A DNA stretch of 38,998 bases from Basidiobolus ranarum (taxonomy: Eukaryota): positions 1 to 38,998 of the forward strand of contig JASJQH010000045.1 in assembly GCA_040143965.1 (NCBI GenBank), in the 5' to 3' direction. Numbering within the stretch: the first letter of the stretch is position 1; every line of letters begins with the position of its first letter. Shown here in pieces: positions 23,517 through 35,453 of this stretch. Position numbers and translations under genes: made by a program. Below the pieces are notes generated by a model. It was not told the DNA's origin. It searched no databases and saw only the letters and a list, made by a program, of their open reading frames with translations.

Positions 23517-24962
23517 GGGTCGAGTTAGCTATTAGAGTCAGCTACTGTATATCTATTTGATTCGTCTATATTCCGTTGATAATAATAAAAGATACTGAAC
23601 AAGGTTGCGGAAAGAGCTCTCAACGACTGGCTTACCAAAAAAGCGAATAGAGCGATAAAGTAGGTAAATATAACTGGTACCAATTTAGAAAGTCAATAAA
23701 TGCCCTATCGGTATCTTTATTGTACTGCCGAATTACAACTCGGTTTGATATATTGACCAATCACCTGAAGTTCTTTATTTACTAAATTCACCATTTGGCT
23801 ATAAATATGTTGATTTCTGCAGGTTATACTTGAAATCCACTTAAGTTTGTGTACAATTCAATTTCATTTTACTATACAAGAGTATACGAACAGAATATGC
23901 ATAATCTAAATGTAGGATTTGAAGTAGAGTTATCAAACACAAAAAACACAGATTGCATATGCTAAGCTCATGATATAATTTCTCTAGAATGGCAAGAGCT
24001 TGGGAAGCAGTAAACGCGATGACTATCTTTTCTTAGGTACAATAGAAATACTATCAAGCTGGAGAAAAGTGCTACTACCTCACCGACTCCACAAAGTTTT
24101 GTCCATTAGGGTCAACATAGGAACTTCTTCCTTGGTCAATGGGGATACACTCAATAGTCTAAAACCATAAAATATTAAACATGACATACTTTCCAACCTT
24201 ATGGGATTTTAGTATATCATGGCGATAATGACCTGGGTCAAGTCGAGCTGAATCTGGGAGAGATTCTTTAAACTTTAAGACTTAGTTACTAAATTGATTG
24301 TAAAGAGTATGTGAGCTAGGGGCGGTGGATTGATGGCAAAAAGAACTCTGACATCTCGGAGTGGATACTTTTATTGACAAGAGTGCGTTATCAAGCGATA
24401 ACACCAATTCTCATTTTGACTTGCGCGTAATATTATTAACCACGTTACTACTGGAGCCACCATCAGCAATAAATGAGTAACTAATCCTTTAGTCACTGCA
24501 CCTCTAGAAGGACGAAAAATCAGGATTATGTTGGAGTTATTATCAGGTAAATACGTCATTGAAAACCTGCCAGAAGCTTGAACATTTACTAAACTCTGAT
24601 ATAGGTTAGATCCATTGTATGACGTGTATAATAAAGTTAGAGTATATTAGTTTAGAGAATATTCTCAACTTGAGGAAATATCTTTACATTTGAAAGGTAA
24701 GTTTGGAGTAAATACATGGCCAAATAGATCGATTGTAGACATTCTTCCGATGGTGTTTTCCAAGAATAAAGATCTAATAATATGAATCAAATTCTAAGAA
24801 GGTTCGTCATATAGGTCATAAAAAGAAGTGAAGTCCATAATGCAGTACCATTAGTAAAGATACGATATCTATATAACCTGAGTCTTCATGTTTATCGAGT
24901 CAAGTAAAGATTAACAAGTGGTTGGGGACATATATGCTGGAGTAGCTCGCGGTCGCAAAAAT

Positions 24963-25625
24963 TTACTCGTTTGCCTCCAAACTTTGTTTAGTAACAGCAT
25001 CAAGCAAAACATTCTTTTCCGTTTGTAGGCGTCTTAGCTTTTTTTTCATTATAAGATACTCTTCACTTAAACACTCGCTCTCTCTCTTGATGTATCTATA
25101 TTTTGCTTTTTCAAACAAATACTTTTCCGAGTAGGACTGATCATCAGCAGAAGATTCACTTTCAGATATCCTGTCGTGATCATCCGAGTTATGTTGTGCT
25201 TCTATAATTTCGCTTTCTACCTTCAAACCAATAGGTTTCGTCTGTTTTATCGGTTTGCTTGAAGGTGAAACTTCGTGAACATTGGCTTCTCTGATAGCAT
25301 CTCCGTGTTGTTGTTTGAAATGTTTAGCTAATGCATCAGACCTAGTAAAACTTTTATCACATTCGGGGGCTGGACAGTCATAAGGTTTCTCACCAGTGTG
25401 GCTTCGAAGATGAGAGATTAACGCGAACCGAGTGGTTTGCGGAAGACCTTTTCGAGGACAATCTGTCCAATCACACGAATAAACACCTTTCTTTCTACCA
25501 ATATGATCTTCCGACAAGTGATAAACTAGATCTGGAAGAATATTGAAACTTAGTGAACATCCCTCCCAACGACATGAGAAACTGGGCTCGGGGGCGGGAG
25601 GTGGTGAAGAGGCGGAATCGGACAT
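24963..25625 (-). CDS. iec1: GLI/YY1-like C2H2 zinc-finger protein, INO80 subunit Iec1-like
   Basis: Intronless. Three fingers CRWEGC...H...DH, CDWTDCPRKGLPQTTRFALISHLRSHTGEKP and CPAPECDKSFTRSDALAKH, closely resembling fission-yeast Iec1 as I recall it; C-terminal coiled coil. Confidence 0.8.
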   Translation of the reverse strand: MSDSASSPPPAPEPSFSCRWEGCSLSFNILPDLVYHLSEDHIGRKKGVYSCDWTDCPRKGLPQTTRFALISHLRSHTGEKPYDCPAPECDKSFTRSDALAKHFKQQHGDAIREANVHEVSPSSKPIKQTKPIGLKVESEIIEAQHNSDDHDRISESESSADDQSYSEKYLFEKAKYRYIKRESECLSEEYLIMKKKLRRLQTEKNVLLDAVTKQSLEANE

Positions 25626-25890
25626 ATAGATATTGTGTAGAACAAAAATTCAAAGTGCGCGAACCGAAGCTTTAACATATTACACAAATGCAGATGTTGA
25701 AAAAATTATATCACTTGATTTAATTGTAATCCAGTGATGATATATTAACCATATCCAAAATGAACTCTATTTAGTTTACAAGAGAAAAAATATCGAGATC
25801 GATGATTTGCTGTATAGGATTCCTGTCCAAAGGCTTTTGAAATTAGATCAAGTTGGTTGAAGCAAGCTTCGTTTAAACAATTTCTCTACG

Positions 25891-27631
25891 ATGGCTTCTT
25901 CCTATGGTATGAAATAAACTTCAAGACTCTTAATCAGCAAGACCAAAAGTTAATCCTTATTCCCTTTCAGGCTCAAAGTTAAGTCGAGAAGATTATCGTC
26001 GCCAAAAAGATCTTGAGGCTGCTCGTAAAGCTGGTACAGCCCCTGCAGAAAGGGATGAAGAGGGAAATGAAATCAATCCCCATATTCCTCAATACATCTC
26101 ACAAGCACCTTGTAAATATATCTATATATAAGATCAGCCCTTATACTAGTTTATTAACAACATTACAAAGGGTATCTTAATTCTGGCGCTCCCACACTCA
26201 AGCATCAACGTGCTTCACACTCTAACGATAAATTCAACGACGGTTGGTATGCTAGAGGACAAAACGTTGCCCCTGCTGCCACCAAGTATCGTAAAGGAGC
26301 CTGTAAAAACTGTGGCGCTATAACCCACAAAACGAAGGATTGCGTTGAACGTCCGCGTAAGCTAGGAGCTAAATGGTCTGGAAAAGATATAAGAGTAAGC
26401 TAGAATTCATTGTTTTGTACTATACTACGAAAACATCTTCTGACTTCCTTATTTTGTTAGCCCGATGAATCCATCCAAGAATTAGACCTTAGCTTCGATG
26501 GAAAGCGCGATCGTTGGAATGGATACGACCCTAGAGAACATGATGAGCTTTACAAAGGTTTGGAAACTTGTACATCATTACTACCTGGATGTATTATATA
26601 TATTTGCTTCGTTTACTGATAGTGATTGCTAATAGAATGGGAGATGATTGAGGAGGAACGAAAGAAACGGAAAGCTCAAGAGCTAGATCAAGCAGTTGTA
26701 GATGGTCAGGCTTCAACCACAAAGCTTCAGAAACTAGCGAATAAAAATGGAGAGTTTTCTAGTGATGATAGTGATGAAGACGAAGAAAAGTATGCCGAGA
26801 AGTCCGATATGCCTGGTCAAAAAGTTGATACAAAAACTAGAACTACAGTTCGTAACTTACGGTAAGTTTCTAATGCTTTTGGTGAATTTGAGTGTATCTC
26901 GTTGAATATTCAAAATTATATATAGTATTCGTGAAGATACCGCAAAATATCTGCGAAATTTGGACCCTGAGTCGGCTTATTACGATCCTAAGACTCGCTC
27001 TATGCGTGACAATCCTACAAAAGACGTTGCTCCCGATAACGTAAGTTTATACATATCGTATTGTGCAGTATGAACGTTGACATAACTAATGCATGCAAAC
27101 AATTCTTAGCTTCTTTATGCTGGTGATAATTTTGTTCGTTACTCTGGTGACTCAACACAAATGGCCAAGATGCAGCTTTTCGCGTGGCAAGCTAGCGATC
27201 GAGGCAATGAAAATGTTCATCTTCAAGCTAACCCCACTCAAGGTGAATTACTTCATAAAGAGTACCTTGAAAAGAAAGATAAGTTGAGAGATACCACTCG
27301 TGATTCAATTTTGGACAAATATGGAGGTGTGGAGCACCTTGAAGCTCCACCCAAGGAATTACTCCTAGCCCAAACTGAAAACTATGTGGAATACTCTCGG
27401 ACCGGAAGGGTCATCAAAGGCCAAGAGAGAGCTGTTGCCAAATCCAAATACGAAGAAGATGGTTAGTTCTGAATTGAAGATCATGCCTATTTTTGCACTC
27501 CTAACAGTTTTCTCTATTTAGTTTATATCAATAACCATACTTCAGTCTGGGGCTCATATTGGGAGGACGGCCGATGGGGTTATAAATGTTGCCACTCTTC
27601 TGTCAAAAACTCTTATTGTGTTGCTCTCTAG
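25891..27631 (+). CDS. SLU7: Second-step splicing factor Slu7
   Basis: Eight exons. [46 protein letters not shown], zinc knuckle [53 protein letters not shown]...WGYKCCHS. Confidence 0.96.
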
Positions 27632-28048
27632 GCTGCATTGCTTAGTTCTTTATCATTTCGACATGTCCCTTGGACTTTTTCTTAACATCCAGTTAAATTT
27701 GTACATGCACTTATTTCTCTATCCTGATAGATCGAATATTGTTGTAGATGACAACATACATTCTTGGTTCTAATAAATCTGTGGAAAAATTGAATGAGAA
27801 CGTTACTGTGTGCTTATGCTTGGTACATTTTTTTGGGATGAAGATTGCAGTGTATTGGTTGTAACATTTCGACAATAATCAGCTAGGATTTGTGTATACG
27901 AATCCCCTGCTATTTTGATAGAAATCGAAAACCCTGACTCGGGTCTTGTGAAAATATGCACTAGAGCTCTCTGATTTCCTTTCTCTTCCCTTTCACGAAC
28001 TCTGTGGGTTGAAACTATAGAAGGTTTTGCCTTAGTTCACCGTTAAAG

Positions 28049-28191
28049 GTATAGTATTTAAATTATATATATATTTTACACAATATTTCGACTTTGTACA
28101 TGTAATTGGAAAAATTTCCGTAGAATAATTTCCACTTTTTATATAATAGACTTGTGTATAATATTGTATTAATTACTCTACTGTTTCATAG
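28049..28191 (+). other. 5'-UTR intron of RPL21 ending immediately before the ATG
   Basis: AAAG|GTATAG...ATTAAT...TTTCATAG|ATG; 143 nt and very AT-rich. Confidence 0.75.
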
Positions 28192-28674
28192 ATGCCTCAT
28201 TCATTCGGTTATCGTGCTCGTACTCGTCACTTGTTCTCCCAGAGCTTCCGCAAGCATGGACCCATTAAGCTTTCAACATACTTGAAAACTTACAAAGTTG
28301 GTGATATCGTTGATATTAAAGCAAATGCTTCTATTCAAAAGGGTATGCCCCACAAGTTCTATCACGGCAGAACTGGTATCGTCTACAACGTTACCAAGAC
28401 TTCCGTTGGAGTAATTATCAACAAACGTGTTGGAAACCGCTTCATGGAGAAACGTGTTAACATTCGTGTTGAACATATTAAGCACTCTAAATGCCGTGAT
28501 GACTTTTTGAGACGTGTTAAGGAGAACGCCTTAAAGAAGAAGGAAGCCAAGGAAAAGGGTGAGAACATTCACCTTAAGCGTTTACCTGCCCAACCTCGTG
28601 GTGCTCGCCACGTTTCTACCAAGGACAACGCACCCACCACCATTTATCCTATTGCTTATGAAACTCTTATTTAA
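28192..28674 (+). CDS. RPL21: 60S ribosomal protein L21 (eL21)
   Basis: MPHSFGYRARTRHLF...YKVGDIVDIK...KGMPHKFYHGRTG...RVEHIKHSKCR; 160 aa. Confidence 0.98.
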   Translation: MPHSFGYRARTRHLFSQSFRKHGPIKLSTYLKTYKVGDIVDIKANASIQKGMPHKFYHGRTGIVYNVTKTSVGVIINKRVGNRFMEKRVNIRVEHIKHSKCRDDFLRRVKENALKKKEAKEKGENIHLKRLPAQPRGARHVSTKDNAPTTIYPIAYETLI

Positions 28675-28877
28675 GCTGGTTGATTCTTTGTTATACATGG
28701 TTTCTAGAAGCGTTTGCAAATAAACTATTTAGCCCAAAAATAATATAAACTAAAAGATCACATTGTATTTTTTCGTTTTTCTTGTATCAAGTTCACTTAC
28801 GATTAGCATGATGATTTCAACGTATGTACTCTGGTGTTCAAATGGTGAATATTTTGTAAAAAAAAATAAAAAATACC

Positions 28878-28911
28878 TGAATTTTTTCGCCTTTTGATTG
28901 TCACACACGTG
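28878..28911. promoter_or_regulatory. RRPE-like element plus E-box upstream of a ribosome-biogenesis gene
   Basis: tgaattttttcg (reverse cgaaaaaattca) at 28878-28889 and CACGTG at 28906-28911, 70-100 nt upstream of the FAF1 ATG. Confidence 0.45.
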
Positions 28912-28979
28912 ATCATACCGAGAGATATTCACCAAGTACTAATAATGCTGGTCACGAAGACCTGCAACAACGGTAAACT

Positions 28980-30082
28980 ATGTCAGGTAATTCAGATCAA
29001 CCTTTAGAACATATTTCGAAGACATTTAACTGACGGATTAAATACTAATTCCTTGTTCGAATAGGACCACAAGTTGTAGTTTTTGAAGATCCCAGCCAAA
29101 GAAGAGCTGGTTCTGGAGGCACGAAACATGATTGGAAATCATTTATGGTTGGTTAAAGGGTTTTTATAAGAAGTTATCGTCAAGTTACATGGATAACAGT
29201 ATTCACATATTCTTTCTTGAACATTTTCATAGTCCTCCAAAATTTCCAAGATCAATGAAAAACCACCACCACCAAAGACAGAAAAAGAGAAGTTAGAAGA
29301 AGAGTATGTTCATGCTTTAATTTTTAACTCGTACGAAGATGGAGCTTGTCTAAACAGATGAATTTGAAACTATAGGGAAGATATAACTCAAGATAAAGCG
29401 TTGAAAGAACTCCTCGAATCCTCTAATTTGATTGAGAAATTGAGTATGTATTTGATTATGATATTTTTTTGCCGACTCCACTAATTTTATGTACTATATT
29501 TTTTATAGCTACTGAAGAGCTATCAGGAAAAGATCGTCGTAAATACATGCAACAAAAATTAGTTGAACTTGGAGGAAAGGTATTGTATATTAAGACAAAG
29601 CTCAGTTGCCTATTCTGCAAATAATTCTAAAATATTATTTTCTCTTAAAAGCCTGCCAAAGCGCCTAAAGTCCCTCTTGGTGTTCATATTGGCATGCAAG
29701 CGAAGCAGAAATCACGTGCTACCAAAGCACTCAAAGATGTATGTTAATTTCCATTTTATTTATTTATTTTTTCAACTTCTCTAACTTTCCTGTTACTTAG
29801 GCTAAGGAGCAAGGAATGTTTCACGATTCTATCAAACATCAATTTGATGCTCTCAAGAAGCCCAAAGAGAAAGGATTCCGTCAAGATCGAGGTATCAAGG
29901 GCTCTATTGGTAAATACAAGGATGGTGTTCTTCATATCAGCGATAAAGATATCAAGCGGATAGAGAACACGGGTAAAGTGCAAAAGCGTGGTGGTAAAGG
30001 TGGCCGTGGTGGTAGAGGAGGCGGCGGGGGCAGAGGTGGCCGTGGTGGCAAAGGAGGACGAGGCGGGAAGGGTCGCAAATGA
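28980..30082 (+). CDS. FAF1: Faf1/C1orf131 (DUF4602)-like 40S biogenesis factor with RGG tail
   Basis: Seven exons, the first with only 7 coding nt. PQVVVFED, WKSFMSSKI, DKALKELL, LSGKDRRK, KVPLGVHIGM, SIGKYKDGVLHIS, GGRGG repeats. Confidence 0.8.
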
Positions 30083-30296
30083 TCGTAGACTAAATATCAT
30101 GTACTATATGAATTCAATCAGTTTGCTGGTCCAAAATACCCGCATAACTTTTAGATCTTCTAATTGACTAATAAAAACGATAAAATTTAATACAACAGAT
30201 ACATTACACAGTTTTTATATAAATATATATCTGAATGCATGATTATGTGACTAGAATGAATAATGTTCTTTATTGTGGCAATCCGTAAGGGGTCGA

Positions 30297-31056
30297 CTAG
30301 ATAGCATCAGTGAGTAGCTTATTTAATTTAGCCACTTTCGATGCTACAGATAAGTCAATGGTCTTATCTCCAAACTCGATAACAAGGCCGCCAAGAATGG
30401 TTGGGTTGGTTTTATTTTGGATAGTGAGCTTGTTACTGCCAGCCAGAGTACCTTTGGCCAAAGATTCCTTAATTTGTCTCAGTTGAACAGGTTTGAGGGG
30501 GATAGCGGAGGTTACAGTAACCAGAACTTCTCCACGTTGAGCCATCATAAGAGAGCGATAGGCACCAATGATTTTGGTAGTTTGATTCAGGCGACCATTG
30601 TCAGCTAAGAGGTCGAACAGATTCTTTGTGACTTCAGAGTATTTATATTCTTTGAAAAGATGTTCAATTCCATCTTTCTTTTGTTTACGACCAAGAGTTG
30701 GATTGTCGAGGAAGAATTGAACCTTGGGATTCTTCTCGATAAAACCACCAATGCGTGTTAATTCACTCTCGACAGTATCCAGTTGATTTTTTTTAGCTGC
30801 GGCAGTAAAGAGAGCAGTGGCATAGCGACCATCAATACCGAAAAGAGTAATGGGAACCTAATATCCCACTTTATTAATTAGACAATTCTCGATATATTCT
30901 ACTTGAAATAAATATACTTTCACTTTCGGAGTAGTTGCGTAAGTACGGATAGAGCGCTATAAAGATTATCCAACAACGGTTAGAACACATGTACAAGAAT
31001 CACACTTGGTTTAAAGAATTTACCAAGGAGCTTGTGGCGGCTCTAGAAAATAACAT
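30297..31056 (-). CDS. ATP5: Mitochondrial ATP synthase OSCP subunit
   Basis: Presequence MLFSRAATSSLRSIRTYA on two small exons; VPITLFGIDGRYATALF, LLADNGRL, VTVTSA, ILGGLVIEFGDKTIDLSV. Confidence 0.97.
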
Positions 31057-31751
31057 GTTTATTGCGTGTGGGTTTTCTTGAGCAAACAGCAGTCAGCAAG
31101 TTAACTTCAGTCGATAAGTTCCGTGCCCACCACTGGCCCGCCTGGCCTCACTTTCAACCAACCCCAAAGCTTGAAAAGATCTGCCCCATATTTAAGCAAT
31201 TTAATTCAATTTGATTAACTAGCTTTTGTTGAACTAAGAGATACAATACCCTAAGAAATGTGGTAATATGAGAACATCAGCTAGTGCCTCGGTGTCGAAT
31301 GAAATCTTCCGAAATCTTCAGAAATATAACCGATTAATCAAGATGAAAGGTCGAGTACAACGCAGTACATATTGTACCGATGTACTTACATTTAGCCATA
31401 TACCGGTTGCTATTGATATTACCATCAACGGACTATGGCAACGAATCAGTAGATAAGATCTCTATGTATTCCAGTTGAACAACATTTCTCCGTCTAGTGT
31501 TTTTGAACAAAAAGTTCGACAATTAATGGCGTCTATGCACTACATGATTCTGAATTAGTATTAATGTAGCTGATTTGCTCCTGAATATAGCGGGCCAGCC
31601 AATAATCTCTACTGCAAGGATTGTCTGTATTATTCTCCGTTGTGGAAAGCGTAGTGTCTGGACTATTTCCGTATTCTTCGTTTCCTTTTAACCCACGGTT
31701 ACTCAAATAGATTAGGTTAAGACTTGACCGGTTAGCTTATTTTGTAAAGGA

Positions 31752-33888
31752 ATGTTGTCTTTCGTTTACTCGCTGGTCCGCACCGCCATTAAGCTTATAT
31801 TTCTCTTTTTCTTCAGAGAGTATGGTAGCTTTGGAATAGAAAATGTTCCTCGGCAAAAGGAGGAGCCCGTATTACTATTAGCTGGCCCACACGGAAATTT
31901 CTTATTGGATATTTTCTCACTTATTGGAACTTGTCCAAGGGCCATATCATTCATTAGTGCTATTTCAAATATGGAACTGCCCATATTCGGTACTATTGCT
32001 AGAGCCATCGGAACAATCCCGGTCGTAAGGTAGTAACTGAAAAACGTTCAGATTATTTCAAAGGTGTTTTTACTTATTATCTATATTTAGACCTCAAGAT
32101 GCGCAGAGATTCGTAGGTGAAGGGATCGTTACTATAAGTGATGATCTTAAAGAGATTCATGGTGACGAGATCGGACAGCAAGTTCAAGTAGGAGATACAA
32201 TATATGTTGTAATTGAATCAAGGACTATTCAGTACTATGGAACTATAAGTGATATTATCACACCTAATTGTGTAAAGATTCAAGATCCTGGTATGAAAGT
32301 TGTTGATCCACTTTTGGCTGGAGCTATAAAAAACAAAAAATTGTTGAAGAGTAGGAAGATTGTGCGATATGGAAGTATTAACATACGTTTACAAGATGGA
32401 ATGACAGACGAAGATTTAAAGAAACTTGGTTTACCAGCCGATGAAGACATGAAGAAATTCGTGAGCACTTATCTCAAAACCAATCCCAAGGCACATTCTC
32501 CATCTGAAATCCATCAGCCTGATGATACTGAAAACTCAACCGAAACTTCCAATTTACCATTGTCTGGTAGCTTTAGCTACTCTCATCCATTGATACATTC
32601 AGGCTTGTATAGTGCTGTATGGGACACGTTCTCTTCCTCTGATCCCCACACAAACAAGTGTGTGGCCATTTTCCCAGAGGGTGTTTCAACAGATTACACT
32701 CATCTTAATCCCTTAAAATATGGGTGTACAATCATGAGCTTAGGCTATTTGGCCAGAAATCCTGGTGCTACCCTTACTGTCATACCTTGTGGAATTTACT
32801 TTGGAAATCGACACAAGTTCCGTTCAGACTGTTACGTAGAGTACGGAAATCCTATGCGAATTCGATCTGAATGGGTCACAATGTATAGTCAAGGTGGCGA
32901 AGCTAAAAGACAAGGTATTGTTGGATATTTATATGTAAACTACAAGGGTATTTATTAAATATCAAAATTATAGCGAGTCAGGAGTTTCTACAAGAGATTC
33001 AGAACTCATTGGAAAGTTTGGTTCTCAACGCTGCCGATGAGGAGACACTTCGAGTTTATCAAACAACCAGAAGGCTATTTCAACAAAAGTATGAACTTAA
33101 TGGTCAGAAATTGACCGTCACTGAGAAATTACAGCTTACTAGAAGAATTGCTCAGGTAAGTGTTGCGTATGTGATGAGATGTATGACCAGCTTTGCTAAC
33201 GTGTCTTTGGCAGGGGTACCAAGCCCTTCATAGTTCTACTGATGTTCAACTACTTGACACACATCTTTCTCGCCGACTTCTCACTTACGCCAATCGCATC
33301 TATCGCCATGGTCTCATTGACTCTCAAGTCGTTCATATCAGAAGCAATTTTTCATTGTCCATATTGGTCCATCTTTTCTTTAATATCTTAGAGTTGATGC
33401 TAGTGGGAGCAATGGTATTTCCAGGTGCACTCTTGTTCGGCTGGATAGGAATTTTAGCGAGATGGGTTGGTAATAAGCAGGGTAAGACAGCCATGCTCCA
33501 CTATGACCAGTCCTTGCCGGTCACAAGATGGCCAGGGCGTGATCTAATCGCTACCTGGAAAATCATCATCTGCATCTTCTTCTTTCCGTTGATGAGTTGC
33601 CTGTATTCCGTTGGTTTGTATTACCTTCTCAACTCTCAGAGAATACCCTTAGGGCTTAAAGACACTGAAATTCTGTGGATCGTCACGGGCGTATGCTTCG
33701 TAGGGTTCCCTGTGGCCACTTATTTTACTATTCGTTTTGGGGAGGTATTTGTATTGATTGGTAGGAGAGTCATATCTCACTACTGGTCTCTAAGAGGGTG
33801 GGGTAGAGATTTAGTCAGTTTTAGAGAGGAGCTACGACATGATGTGTATGATTTGGTTGAGAACCAAATGAAACTTGATTTTTTATAG
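31752..33888 (+). CDS. Glycerol-3-phosphate/DHAP acyltransferase, Sct1/Gpt2-like (divergent)
   Basis: Introns 32030-32090, 32915-32973 and 33156-33213. FFRE, GPHGNFLLD, IPVVRPQD, IFPEG, HKFRS, GRDLIATWK; C-terminal TM helices. Confidence 0.88.
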
Positions 33889-34053
33889 TTAACCCTAGCA
33901 GCATTTGATATCCATCAAGATTTACAATAATATTTATAAAATAATTTAATCAATTTATCACTTAGTATGTTTACTTGCTTTTCTTTCTCTAAGTATCTCG
34001 TTGATTATACGGAAAACGAATTGAATTTTTGGTATGCAAACAATATGAATTTA

Positions 34054-35453
34054 TTACGAACAACGGCTTTGAGAAGAGATTGGAAGTGCCGAGTCTGGTC
34101 TAGGTAAGTTAGGATTATCAAAAGCAGTTGGAATGTCTTTACCCATTTCAATCAATTGCCTAATGGTTTCTGACTTCTTATCAAGTGAACTGGGGGAAGT
34201 ATAAGAATCCAGTTGGTTTAGGTTCTGAATGAACTTAGCATTAGCGATCTCGTGTTCACGAACTTTTTCTTCCGAACCATGATGCATTTGGATATACTCC
34301 GAGGGTATAGAATAAGGTATGCGAATCTTCTGACCATTTTGGCGGTCATCAGGATTAGGTCCACCAAATGTCTTAAAGTACTCTGGGGGATTTCCTATGG
34401 ATATGTTTAGAGCGTTTAGGCCTAATAAATCGATCTTTGGGCTCTTGAATTTAGTGGAATTAAAGCTTGGAGTTGGACTATAGACGTAACAATAGCCTTT
34501 GCTAGTAGTATCAAATTGCAAATCTACAGGGATATTGAAAGGTGGAAGCATGTCACATGCTTGACTGGGCTTACCACCAACTCTATTAGTCCCTGTATAT
34601 GCTCTAGCCGATTGAGGATGTTTTTTCTGCCATTGGTACCATATGTAGTCTATGAATGAGTGATGAAGAAAGAAAAGTGGACTATTGTGACAATATAATA
34701 TGTTAGTAAAATAGCTTATCACTAAGAAAGCTCAATAAAACTTACTCGTTAGGGCTAACAAGAACGCCAAGATCTCCACCTACGCCTCGATGTAATGCCG
34801 CATGAGGTCCACTTTCAATGGTGTCTTGAAACTTGTCGTAAGCATCAATGGTCTCTATCATGTTATTGACAGATTCAGAGGAGTAAATAGCCAAAATCTT
34901 GTCTCCACCATTGAATTCACGTCGCAAGCAATGATCATTTGGTATATTCGACCTCCAGTTAGCAGCTGGGCCATCCGTTACGCACTGCAATGGCCCTCTT
35001 CCATTCCCACCAAACCATTTGAAGATCTCACTCTCTTCCGGAGCCTGCGAATCGATTGTCCAATCCTAAGTAAACACAAATTAATATCAAAATACTACGA
35101 GTTACTTGTAGGATTTCTATACATACCCAGTACGGCAAAACCACGGAAGGGTTGATATTTTGTAAAGCGACTTCAAAGAGTCTAGTATAGTACCGATGCC
35201 AGGGGAAGAACCCAGGAGTAACGTGTGCAAAGGGAGCATAATCGTTATGAATAGGTGCGAATTTCTCGTATTCACCACTTTCCTTGAGCTTAGTTATAGC
35301 ATCTATGAAAGCGATGCGTTCACCCTCTGAAAGTTGGCGAATTTCTTTCCTCACAACAATTGTAGAACATTGATCAGAGGGAACAGGAGCGGTATTGACG
35401 GTCGTAGTAAGTAAAAACGAACAGAGAAGCACTTTGAGTAAACAAATCAGCAT
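34054..35453 (-). CDS. Secreted tyrosinase-like type-3 di-copper protein, 424 aa
   Basis: Exons 35453-35127, 35065-34746 and 34681-34054. Signal peptide; VRKEIRQLS; CuA H-NDYAPFA-H-VTPGFFPW-HR; PYWDW; CuB PHAALH...SPNDPLFFLHHSFID; CYVY motif. Confidence 0.93.

Noticed and set aside
23640..24960. 1.3-kb gap with short palindromes (tgacctgggtca) and short open frames
   Set aside because: I could not build a spliced gene, tRNA, snoRNA box pair or terminal repeats; probably promoter and 3'-UTR sequence. An Rfam scan would be the decisive test.
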